This document shows, piece by piece, positions 48,931-64,000 of a DNA stretch of 64,000 nucleotides. Position numbers and translations under genes: made by a program. Each line of letters opens with the position of its first letter. The stretch's first letter is position 1. Origin of the DNA: the human T2T-CHM13v2.0 reference genome, Homo sapiens; the NCBI RefSeq assembly GCF_009914755.1, contig NC_060932.1; one strand, given 5' to 3'. Below the pieces are notes generated by a model. That model saw nothing but the letters and a program-made list of their open reading frames with translations, had not been told where the DNA came from and did no database searches.

Positions 48931-51361
48931 AGAACAAGTAAATGAATCTGTTTCAGTTCTTGTGGGTAATTTAGTCAGTAAATTTAATCTCATTCTTGTA
49001 ATCTTTAAGTTTTACTACTGAAGACCAGAATAAATTTTTTTCACCTAAATTTTTTGCAACTATAAAAGCATGTTCATAATGTCACTTTCATAGATACTAT
49101 GAATATTGTCAAGTGTGTTGATTTCTAATATAAAGTATTTGAGTATTATGTTACCCAACATATCCAATAAAATGTTTTTAAGTTGCCTATTTAAAAAATC
49201 TGTCAATTTTTGAATTGCATGCCTAGCTAAAATTTTTTAAGATGTAGGATAAGATGTAAAATAATCAGACAAGTAATATAAATAAGTTTACTGAAATTTT
49301 TTACTTATTTAAGAAACCTAATTGCATTTTAAATAAATTGCTGTCATCTGTTATTATTTTTGTAGCACTTTTTTTTAAGATTTTGCCTCTAAAACAGGCA
49401 ACAAGATGAACAGAGAAGGAAACAAAAATTCAATGATTGTCATGGAAATAAATTTCAGGAAAATAAAAGGTTTTTATAATGACCTAATTAAAATAACATA
49501 AAGGATAAAAATCATAATTTTTGCTTTTACACATTATTGGGCAAAAGTAACCCTGAGATAATAATGTGAAGAAAACACTATTAATTATATTTTTGAGACT
49601 CCCTTACTGACTTTGCCACTTAGAGAACCTCCAGCACAGGCCCAGGATTCCCTAGGCATTTCTTCCAGGAGAATATCCAATGGAAATGAAACAGAAGGCC
49701 ATGTCCACAAAGATATATCAATGCTCACCTCCTAGAGACCAGTGAGTGCAGGTTGCAGAAAGAGTAGGCCCTTCTTGGATGTCCAGGAAGGGGCTACGGG
49801 CACCATCCTAGAAAAGGGGACAGGAACTCCACTGAGTCCTCCCACCTGCAGGGGCCTCAGAGGGCCCGGGGGAGGCCAGCCTAGGTGCTCTGTCCTGTTC
49901 CTGGCCCTTGAGTCCTGCCTCACCAGCTAGCTTTTTCCACAAAGAAATCAGAATGGCAACCCCCAATGCAGCCCCACTAGAGGAAGGAGATCAAAAGTGT
50001 AAAGGCCCACACCCATCTTAGCACATTAAGTGAATTATTATCTAGTCCATAAGTTAGAGCAGAATGTGCTGCTGTGACACCCTGAGATCACATTCTAGGA
50101 GGAAACCTGGGTGGCACCTGCCTGAGGCTGTGCATTGGAGGAAGGATGGACAGGCCACCTGGGCTTCAATGAGAATGTGCCCCTAGCCTACCCGGGGAGA
50201 CATGGGTTTGACAAGAGCAGGCAATATAGGTGGCATGCAGCAGACATGCTGAGGTGTCAGGTGGGCACAGAGGGGTAGGCATGAGGGGAGAACCCTCTCA
50301 GGGCACGGTACTCAGCCCAGAGATCTCCCAGCCTTTTGAAGCACAGGCAATACCTGGAGCTGCAGTGTGGGCACTGTGCAATGGCCTGGTAAAAGTGGGG
50401 TGAGCAGCCAGTCACTGAGGGGCTTTCATTGCCCATTTTTCTGATGAGCAAATTGAGCCCCCAAACCCACAAGCCAGGAGGGCCAAAAGCGCTGGGCTGA
50501 GGCATCACTTTTTTTCTTCACTGGCTCCCATAAGCATCAGACTTCCCTGGGCTTGCCTGAAAACTCCCTGGGCTTGCCTTGAGGAAGAAAATTCCTCTTC
50601 CTTGTGAGTATAGGCACAGAAGTAACCAGGCTTGTGTGGTAAGCCCACCTACAGCCACTTTTGTGGGCCCACCTGGGCCTCCTCACTTCACTGGCACTGG
50701 CCTGTGAAACCCAACTGGAATTCCAGAGTCCAGGATTCACATTTGGTTCTAGAACCAAAGAGTTCAGCACCTAGGCCAAAGCAGATGTGGGCCTGTTAAT
50801 TCCATGGCACAAGTCCCAAATCAGAGAACTAGCTTGACTGTTCAGCTGCACCAAGGCAATGTGTGTACTGTTCCAAGCAGGTCACATTCTCTTCCTGCCT
50901 CCAATTATTTTGCCTGCAACTTGTCATTTGTACCAGCTCTTTCTCTACCCCCCACATCCTATGGTTTTTGAAATTCCTCTGAAGACTGCATGAGCCAAGC
51001 ATTAAGGGTCACAGTGCTCTAGCCTACTCAGGCTGTGCCAGGAAGATAGATCAGATCTTTCAACCTACCTTGACACTTAAGAGTCATGTATAAATAGTAA
51101 CAGCTCTAGCAGGAGGGCTGTCACATACTCAGACTCTTTTCTGGTCTCCATACCAAAAGACATGTTAGAATGACAAGGCAAATAAGATACAAACCTGGCA
51201 GTTCTGCCTTTTAAAGGGCAGCCTCAGCCTGATCACCCTGAACCACAATTTCAGGATCTGGTTTAGCATGCCCTGCCTTGGAAAACAATGGAACTGGGGC
51301 CCCAGAGTGTCATGGGCCAAGAAAATCTGGAGAAGGGCATCTCAGCAGCCTGTACACACTT

Positions 51362-52167
<806 letters not shown>

Positions 52168-53134
52168 GCTTACCACATAGTGAGGAAGGATTTCAGGCTC
52201 TGCTCAATGTGCTTCAAAGCTCACCAGGGCACCAGCTATAGAAGGATGCAGTTGTTCTCTTTACCACTATCATGCTCTTTTCCTCAGATGCACAATCAGC
52301 AGAATACCAAGAATGATGAAGAAGAAGCATACCGTGGTCAGAAGCAAGATTAATGCCAGAATAAGCAGTGACCACTTGGAAAGCAAAAGGAAGCATTTTG
52401 CTTTCTCCTGTGGGCAGCCCTTAAATTCTGTCATCACTTTCTGGCTTCAGTAATGGTTTTTCAACTCCATCCTGGCTCTGGGGAAACCATGGGCCCTGGG
52501 TGGTAAAAACCTTCACTTAATCCTGGTGCAAAAAAAGCTTTCACTTGACAAATATGACCTCTGTGATCATGAGCTTCTAAGCAATCTGGACAATGCACAA
52601 CGTAAAAACCTATGAAAGGGAGATGAGTAGGTCTGATGGAAACAATTTCCCACCTTTTTCCTTGGCAAGTTCAAACAACTGGGAAGGTAGACAAATGTGC
52701 AGAAGAGGGCAGCATAGTATAACTCCTCATCATGTGAGTTTACAACCAAGAGTTTTCCATTCTAGCTGTGAGAGCTCCAAATGAAAACCAGAAGTTACTT
52801 CACTGTGCATCTATCAATGATTGGTTGCACCACATTTTGTCTATCATACTGAGGAATCTTCACTGAGGATCTTCCCATTGAACATATGGAGATAGTGACA
52901 GGAAAAGGTAAAATAGCAACTCCATGAAATCATTAATCAAAGTGTAGAAATGTTCCTCTTAACTCATTAGCATTTTTGCACATATTTGCATGTATATCTA
53001 CCCATAAAGCTGACATTTTTATAATAATTTTTATAATAATTAAGTTATATGTCAAGTTAAAATTAAAAAAAAATTTTTCAGCTGTACAAGTGGCAGCTCA
53101 CTTGAGGTGAGGAGTTTGAAACCAGGCTAGCCAA

Positions 53135-54050
53135 GGGCTGGAGCCAAGATGGCCGAATAGGAACAGCTCTGGTCTACAGCTCCCAGCGTCAGCGACGCAG
53201 AAGACCAGTGATTTCTGCATTTCCATCTAAGGTACTGGGTTCATCTCACTAGGGAGTGCCAGACAGTGGGCACAGGACAGTGGGTGCAGCGCACCGTACG
53301 CGAGCCGAAGCAGGGCGAGGCACTGCCTCACTCAGGAAGCACAAGGGGTCACAGTGTTCCCTTTCCTAGTCAAAGAGAGGGGTGACAGACAGCACCTGGA
53401 AAATCGGGTCACTCCCACCCCAATACTGCGCTTTTCAGCCAGGCTTAAAAAACGGTGCACCAGGAGATTACATCCGGCACCTGGCTCGGAGGGTCCTATG
53501 CCCACGGAGTCTCTCTGATTGCTAGCACAGCAGTCTGAGATCAAACTGCAAGGTGGCAGCGAGGGTGGGGGAGGGGCGCCCGCCATTGCCCAGGCTTACT
53601 TAGGTAAACAAAGCAGCCAGGAAGCTGGAACTGGGTGGAGCCCACCACAGCTCAAGGACGCCTGCCTGCCTCTGTAGGCTCCACCTCTGGGGGCAGAGCA
53701 CAGACAAACAAAAGGACAGCAGTAACCTCTGCAGACTTAAATGTCCCTGTCTGACAGCTTTGAAGAGAGCAGTGGTTCTCCCAGCACGCAGCTGGAGATC
53801 TGAGAACAGGCAGACTGCCCCCTCAAGTGGGTCCCTGACCCCTAACCCCTGAGCAGCCTAACTGGGAGGCACCCACCAGTAGGGGCAGACTGACACCTCA
53901 CACGGTGTCTGAGACAAAACTTCCAGAGGAATGATCAGACAGCAGCATTCCCGGTTCACGAAAATCCACTGTTTTCCAGCCATCGCTGCTGTTACCCAGG
54001 CAAACAGGGTCTGGAGTGGACCTCTAGCAAACTCCAACAGACCTGCAGCT
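53135..54050. promoter_or_regulatory. L1 5' UTR sense and antisense promoter, with the YY1 site
   Basis: caagatggccg (YY1 motif) at ~53145-53155; several CpGs retained. Promoter activity is inferred from the family, not shown here. Confidence 0.6.
53332..53586 (-). CDS. ORF0: L1 ORF0, open reading frame intact (84 aa); expression unknown
   Basis: MAGAPPPPSLPPCSLISDCCASNQRDSVGIGPSEPG with start context gcaATGg, antisense within the L1 5' UTR. Confidence 0.75.
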   Translation of the reverse strand: MAGAPPPPSLPPCSLISDCCASNQRDSVGIGPSEPGAGCNLLVHRFLSLAEKRSIGVGVTRFSRCCLSPLSLTRKGNTVTPCAS

Positions 54051-55749
54051 GAGGGTCCTGTCTGTTAGAAGGAAAACTAACAAAGAGAAAGAACATCCAC
54101 ACCAAAAACCCATCTGTACATCACCATCATCAAAGACCAAAAGTAGATAAAACCACAAAGATGGGGAAAAAGCAGAGAAGAAAAACTGGGAGCTCTAAAA
54201 AGCAGAGTGCCTCTCCTCCTCCAAAGGAACACAGCTCCTCACCAGCAATGGAACAAAGCTGGACAGAGAATGACTTTGACAAGTTGAGAGAAGAAGGCTT
54301 CAGACGATCAAACTACTCCGAGCTACAAAAGGAAATTAAATACAAAGGCAAAGAAGTTGAAAACTTTGAAAAAAATTTAGATGAATGTATAACTAGAATA
54401 ACCAATACAGAGAAGTGCTTAAAGGAGCTGATGGAGCTGAAAGCCAAGGCTCGAGAAGTACATGAACAATGCAGAAGCCTCAGGAGCTGATGCAATCAAC
54501 TGGAAGAAAGGGTATCAGTGATGGAAGATGAAATGAATGAAATGAAGCGAGAAGGGAAGTTTAGAGAAAAAAGAACAAAAGAAATGAACACAGCCTCCAA
54601 GAAATAAGGGACTATGTGAAAAGACCAAATCTACGTCTCATTGGTGTACCTGAAAGTGATGGGGAAAATGGAACCAAGCTGGAAAACACTCTGCAGGATA
54701 TTATCCAGGAGAACTTCCCCAATCTAGCAAGGCAGACCAACATTCAGATTCAGGAAATACAGAGAACAACACAAAGATACTCCTTGAGAAGAGCAACTCC
54801 AAGACACATAATTGTCAGATTCACCAAAGTTGAAATGAAGGAAAAAATGTTAAGGGCAGCCAGAGAGAAAGGTCAGGTTACCCAAAAAGGGAAGCCCATC
54901 AGACTAACAGCTGATCTCTCGGCAGAAACTCTACAAGCCAGAAGAGAGTGGGGGCCAATATTCAACATTCTTAAAGAAAAGAATTTTCAACCCAGAATTT
55001 CATATCCAGCCAAACTAAGCTTCATAAGTGAAGGAGAAATAAAATACATTACAGACAAGCAAATGCTGAGAGATTTTGTCACCACCAGGCCTGCCCTAAA
55101 AGAGCTCCTGAAGGAAGCACTAAACATGGAAAGGAATAACCGGTACAAGCCACTGCAAAATCATGCCAAATTGTAAAGACCATTGAGGCTAGGAAGAAAC
55201 TGCATCAACTAACAAGCAAAATAACCAGCTAACATCATAATGACAGGATCAAATTCGCACATAACAATATTAACTTTAAAAGTAAATGGACTAAATGCTC
55301 CAATTAAAAGACACAGACTGGCAAACTAGATAAAGAGTCAAGACCCATCAGTGTGCTGTATTCAGGAAACCCATCTCATGTGCAGAGACACACATAGGCT
55401 CCAAACAAAAGGATGGAGGAAGATCTACCAAGCAAATGGAAAATAAAAAAAGGCAGGGGTTGCAATCCTAGTCTCTGATAAAACAGACTTTAAACCAACA
55501 AAGATCAAAAGAGACAAAGAAGGCCATACTGTAATGGTAAAGGGATCAATTCAACAAGAAGAGCTAACTATCCTAAATATCTATGCACCCAATACAGGAG
55601 CACCCAGACTCATAAAGCAAGTCCTGAGTGACCTACAAAGAGACTTAGACTCCCACACAATAATAAACGGAGACTTTACCACCCCACTGTCAACATTAAA
55701 CAGAACAACGAGACAGAAAGTTAACAAGGATACCCAGGAATTGAACTAA

Positions 55750-56698
<949 letters not shown>

Positions 56699-56701
56699 TA
56701 G

Positions 56702-57080
<379 letters not shown>

Positions 57081-57476
57081 TAAAAATTCTCAATAAATTA
57101 GCTATTGATGGGACGTATCTCAAAAAAGTAAGAGCTATCTATGACAAACCCACAGCCAATATCATACTGAATGGGCAAAAACTGGAAGCATTCCCTTTGA
57201 AAACTGGCAGAAGACAGGGATGCCCTCTCTCACCACTCCTATTCAACATAGTTTTGGAATTTCTGGCCAGGGCAATAGGCAGGAGAAGGAAATAAAGGGT
57301 ATTCAATTAGGAAAAGAGGAAGTCAAATTGTCCCTGTTTACAGAAGACATGACTGTATATCTAGAAAACCCCATTGTCTCAGCCCAAAATCTCCTTAAGC
57401 TGATAAGCAACTTCAGCAAAGACTCAGGATACAAAATCAATGTACAAAAATCACAAGCATTCTTATACACCAATAA

Positions 57477-58709
<1,233 letters not shown>

Positions 58710-59934
58710 TGATTCCTCAGGGATCTAGAACTAGAAATACCATTTGACCCAGCCATCCCATTACTGGGTATATACCCAAAGGTCTATAAATCATGCTGCT
58801 ATAAAGACACATGCACACGTATGTTTATTGCGGCACCATTCACAATAGCAAAGACTTGGAACCAACCCAAATGTCCAATAATGATCGACCGGATTAAGAA
58901 AATGTGGCACATATACACCATGGAATAGTATGCAGCCATAAAAAATGATGAGTTCATGTCCTTTGTAGGGACATGGATGACATTGGAAATCATCATTCTC
59001 AGTAAACTATCGCAAGAACAAAAAACCAAACACCTCATATTCTCACTCATAGGTGGGAATTGAACAATGAGAACACAGGGACACAGGAAGGGGAACATCA
59101 CACTCTGGGGACTGTTGTGGGGTGGGGGTGGGGGAGGGATAGCATTAGGAGATATACCTAATGCTAAATTATGAGTTAATGGGTGCAGCACACCAGCATG
59201 GCACATGTATACATATGTAACTAACCTGCACATTGTGCACATGTACCCTAAAACTTAAAGTATAACAATAATAAAATAAAATAAAATAAAAAAAGAAACC
59301 AGCCTGGCCAACATGGTGAAACTCCGTCTCTACTAAAAATAAAATAAAATAAAAAATCAGCCGGGCTTGGTGGCACACACCTACAATCCCAGCTACTTGG
59401 AAGGCTGAGGCAGGAGAATTGCTCAAGTCCAGGAGGCAGAGGTTGCAGTCAGCTGAGTTCATGCCACTGCACTCCAGCCTGGGTGACATAGCAAGATTCT
59501 GTCTCAAAAACAAACACACAAAAACATTTTTTTTTTTTACAACAAAAAGACACACATATGGTCTAGGCATGCTCTGGTGCAGTGGAGTGGGTGTGGAGCC
59601 TGTCCTGTGAAAGAAGGAAGAAGAGTCAGTGCCCTGCATTATGTGTGGGGGATCCATTGGGACACAAATAAAGAGGCAGTCAGGGCCTCGGCATAGCAAC
59701 ACTGAGGCTTGCAGGGGGCTTCTGAAAGCAGCAGAAATGGCCTGTGACACTGAATGCTACGTGGGCCTGTAACAATGAAAGCTCTGCCCAGGGATCTTAG
59801 CAATCCTGCTAGGAGGTCCTGACTATATCCTAGATTGGAGACTCCTGAAGTAGAGTGGCTGGCAGAGAGCCTCAGCAAACAGGAGTCTTAACCACTGTGG
59901 CTGGGCCAATCTAAAATAGCACATTTATTCTTTT

Positions 59935-60470
59935 TTACAAAACAAAATATAGAAAAATAAAGTGAAAAAATGAAATCAAGAGAAGTAAAATAAAATTTAA
60001 AAATAAATTTAAAGTAATTAAAAATAGTAAGGACACATAAACTGAAATAAAATAGAGAAAAATAAAGAGAAATGTAATTAAGATCAGTGAAAATAAATAA
60101 AATGAAGATGAACTTAATAAATACTATAAAATTAAGAGAAATAAAAGAAATGAAATAATTTGCAGTGCAACAAAATAAGAAAATTTTTAAGAATGAGGAG
60201 AAAAAACTGAAAATAAAAAATAAAGGTAAATATGGAGAAAGAAAATAAAATAATATGAAGGGATATTAATGGAAATAAAAGAAACAAAAAGAAATTAAAT
60301 AAAAAGTTACAAACAAGATACAAATTGGAGAAAATTTGAAATGAAGAGAATGTAATAAGAAAAATTAAAATAGAAAATTAATAGAAAAAATGAAAGTAAA
60401 TAAAAAATAAATAGTAACAAAATAAAGATAAAGACAAATATACAGAGAAATAAAAGGTTATAAAGAAAAA
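59935..60470. repeat. A-rich low-complexity tract
   Basis: About 540 nt of degenerate aaaat/gaaaa units with almost no C. Confidence 0.9.
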
Positions 60471-60474
60471 TAAG

Positions 60475-61374
60475 ACCTGGGGATAATCTACAAAACACTT
60501 CACCCAACAATAGCATAATAAATAATATTTCTAATTACATATGGCACGTTTTCTTAGATAGGCAAACTGCTAGGATAGAATGCAAGTTTTAGCATGTTTA
60601 ATCAGATGGTAATCACAAAAAGTATTATTTCTGACTACAATAAAATATAACTGGAATTTAAAAACCAAAAGAAAACTAGCATGTCTCCATATATATGAAA
60701 ACTAGACAAATTCTTGAGCATACTATTTTTCAAGAGTTAGAACATGCAAGTTTCTTTAGATGTTAATAGTATTCGAAATGATCTACAGATCAATCAGATC
60801 TCTTTCACAAAACCAGTGGTTCTTATTGCAGAAGTACTAAAATACTCTAAAATGTTTGAGTCAATATTTAGCTGTGTCACCCAAGCTAGAATGCAGTGTC
60901 ATAATCATGGCTCACTGTAGCCTTGACCTCTCAAGCTCTATTGATCCTCCCACCTCAGCCTCACAAGTAGCTGGCACTGCAGTTGCATGCCATCATGCCC
61001 AGAAAGTTTTTGTATTTTTTGTTGAGACAGGGTTTCTCTATATTTCCCAGGCTGGCCTCAAACTCCTGGGCTCCAGCAATCCAACTGCCTTGGCTTCCCA
61101 TGTTCTGGGATCACAGGAGTGAGCCACCGAATATTGCCCTATAACTTCTATAAATACTCAAAAAAGCAAAAGTAGCCAAACAACCTGAAAAAAAGAATAA
61201 ACTCAGAGGCATAATTCTTTTTTATTTCAAAACATATTACAAAGTTACAGTAATCAAAACAGTGTGGTGCTGGCATAAAGACAGAAAAATAAATGTTGAA
61301 ACAGATAAGAGAATCCAGAAAGAAACCCACATGCATATACTCAGCTTATCCTAAATGAGGGTTCCAAATCCTCA
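60475..61374 (+). mobile_element. Old L1M ORF2 fragments interrupted by an AluJ (60856-61129, minus)
   Basis: ttctgactacaataaaatataactggaa and ttacaaagttacagtaatcaaaacagtgtggtgctggcataaa; J-type Alu motif atcatggctcactgtagccttgacctc. Confidence 0.8.
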
Positions 61375-61785
61375 TGTTGCAGAACTTTCTCCTTCAGCAA
61401 AATTGGGTTCTTGTCACATGACTAGGAAAAATTAGGCTCAGGGACACTCTGAAGGATGAGGAGTACAGTTGATTGGGAAAAAAAAAAAAACCTCTCAACA
61501 AAGTGAGTGGGAATCCTGTTTACAGGCCCCAAGTCCCAGACTGGTAAACAGCAGACCATCAAAGAAGAACTGAAGAAGCCAGGCACCTCCTCCCTGCACA
61601 AGGGGTGAACTTTCCATGGATCCACTACCTTCCCCCAGTGTGCAGGTGGACAATATTCAGAGAGAATCAGTTGGAAAGAGGCAGGCTTCATCTGGGACAG
61701 CAGTATGATTTTTCAGCCTTCACGCTGTTTTAGGCTTGAAGGTGGGGTTTTACCCAAGGCCCTTGGCTGTTTCCTAACTCTGTTA
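61375..61785 (-). mobile_element. MER61-like LTR (3' LTR of a minus-strand provirus)
   Basis: tgttgcagaactttctcc...ctgtta, followed at once by ttcccctc-type pyrimidines, the complement of a polypurine tract. Confidence 0.75.
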
Positions 61786-64000
61786 TTTCCCCCTCTAAAG
61801 AAGTACATCTAACTGCTATTACAATAAGGATAAGGATGAGGACAAAAACCACTTCTAAGTGCTTCCTGCTGAAAGGGGGTACTGTTTTGGAAAAATGGCA
61901 GTCAGATCTCCTTAAGATGCCTATCTAAGTGTCCCCAGTGAAAGGGACCATTGTCTGAGGCTCTGGTTGTGTGACTGTTTAAAGTTTGGTAGCCTGAAGG
62001 TGAGAAGAATCAAACTGGGTTATTGAAAAACATGTACTAAAATGAAACAAGGGGAAGGTGGCAAGGATGGGTAAAAAATTCCAAGGTCTTTTACCAGTTT
62101 ACATAGGGAGAGGGAGGCCAAAAGCACAACTGGAAAAAAACAAACAACAAACAAACAAACAAACAAACAAAACCCAAAAAAAGGAAGCATTTGTTCAAAG
62201 GAGTCCCAAGGGCTCAGGATGCCTTCAAAAGGGCTATAGACTGAAGATGAATGGCTACTCATTTAGAAAGAGAGAGGGGACCAGATGTCCCTGGTTCCTT
62301 TCTCTTCCTAGCAAATACCCACTGCATGTTGTGGGATAGGAAAAAAATGTTCTCTTTCTCCCTTCATTCCTTGTATCCCTGAGTCCTAGTGATTGTGACA
62401 GGGTGCCACCCATGGGTGTCAAGCAGCTTTAACCCATGTTAACAGGGAGGCATAGGGGGTGAATATATCTGCTGTTACTAATATATGCCCTATCTCTCCT
62501 GCTGTCAGTAGTTCTGGAGTTCACTAGACCTCATTTATGACATGGATACTAGCATATTCTTCACTCATGAAATAGGAGGCTTGTCTTAATCAGCTGGAAT
62601 TAGTCATGCTCACCTTCACCGTGCCTTTTAACCTCCATTGTCATCTGCCTCTGGATTTCTCAGATCCAGGATTCTTTCCTAGGGCTTCAACCTGAAACTT
62701 GGAACTGAGGTTGGGACAAAAATGTGTCTCAGGGGATTGCATGGACTCCTTATCATGAGCTGAATGCTAAGATGAAGCTGTGAAATTGAGTCCTCTTTCC
62801 ACAAGGGAGAGAAAAGAATGTCTTGTGACACACCCAGAAGACTAGTGGCTATAGTTATGCTTGCTAAGATTTGGGTGGGCACCCTATTTATTCCCATCAC
62901 TCTACAGGATTTGCAGGATAATTGCCCAGAACTAGAATATTAATCCAGATTTTTACATTACCCATCTCTTTTTGTTTCTTCTGAGCTGCAGTTGAGGATT
63001 GCTAGTTGGTTCACAGAAATAAGCAGGGTTGGTCTAAAATGTAGGCAAAAATGCCCAACTAATGAGTTTAGAATTTAATGACAAATGTATAAGTTTTGAA
63101 ACATAATCTTTATTCCGTCCTCTTTTCTGTTAAAAACAAATCATGATAGGACTGAGTTGTTTGTGAAATAAACTTTAGTCTTATACTTGGCCTGATTATT
63201 TGTATAAAGTGCAGCAAGAATAATTATTTCTACATAGGTCTTTGACATTGGCTTTGATGGAACTCTGTTCCACAAGAAATTTCAGAAATTTCAGACTTTC
63301 TAAAGTCAAGCCTAGCCATGGGTTTGTACCACCAAATACTTATGAGTTGTGTGATCCTCTCCTCTTATGGTCCCACGATTAACCTGAAGCTCCTGGGCTT
63401 GTCAGAGAGTGTCATTCTTTACTTACCACTGATCAGAAACCATAGAGAAGGACTGTGTAGATGAGGTATGAGGCCAGTCTTCCCAGGGGGCTTTGATTGG
63501 CTCTGCAAGTTGAGCTTGACTCCTCAAAGGGAAACATACCCTTTCAGTTAAGGCCTTGGTAAAACAACCAGTTTCTCCAATTGTGTCCTGTTGCAAAGGA
63601 AAGTGGATTATTATTGCACTGATACAAATAGCTATATTGCCGTAAGTTAAGAATACTCACAACTATTTTTCAAATTCTGGAGAAGCCAGGCAGAGAGAGA
63701 CATACATTCTTCAAATTTTGTTCACAGGAGTACACATTACTCACATATTAAAGGCTGTCACTATCTCAAGATAAGTTTCCTTCACTCTGGTAAACAATAC
63801 AGGGATCAGTAATGTTACAAGCAAAAGTCAGAAAGATTACTTTGGATTTCTATTAGTCAACTGCATTCAGTTAACTCTTGTTTTGTTTGGTATTCATGAA
63901 CATTTTAGCTCTTCATGAGTCCTGTATGTTTTTCCTGTATTCCAGTGTCACAAGCTCCAATGTTATCAGAAGCCTGCATTTGAGATCACCTGTCAAAGTT
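61786..64000 (-). mobile_element. MER61/MER4-group ERV1 internal region, non-coding, continuing beyond the window
   Basis: PPT adjacent to the LTR; MER4-int-type motifs (cttatacttggcctgattatttgtataaagtgcagcaagaa, ggccttggtaaaacaaccagtttctccaattgtgtcctgttgcaaa); no long ORFs. Confidence 0.8.

Noticed and set aside
49695-49715. GHVHKD resembling the C-terminus of PRY; possible BPY2/PRY relic
   Set aside because: Only 4-5 residues match and there is no flanking similarity.
50541-50582. Short tandem duplication (tccctgggcttgcct twice); similar ones at ~53017-53042 and ~63276-63295
   Set aside because: Ordinary slippage duplications.

Overview
Primate (very likely human or great-ape) non-genic, repeat-dominated DNA with no intact cellular protein-coding gene. 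Left domain (1-33.5 kb): young L1PA elements (a partial copy, a twin-primed inverted copy and a near full-length copy), Alus, old L1M/L2/MER/LTR relics, a heavily decayed HSPA8-like processed pseudogene split by nested insertions, and a probable fossil hAT/Charlie transposase. Right domain (33.5-64 kb): a KRAB-ZNF-cluster-type cassette with a 68-bp beta satellite, an orphan ZNF736-like zinc-finger exon, a TRIM60 pseudogene, unassigned minus-strand exon-like segments (one encoding a transmembrane helix), a full-length L1PA3-like element with an intact ORF0, and a MER61/MER4-group ERV. I found no convincing novel biological system. The most notable signals are patchwise sharing of variants between neighbouring L1s (possible gene conversion), three locally templated inverted duplications, and the unassigned transmembrane exon series next to the L1 antisense promoter. 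Family and subfamily calls rest on my recollection of consensus and protein sequences, not on database searches; boundaries of old elements are approximate.
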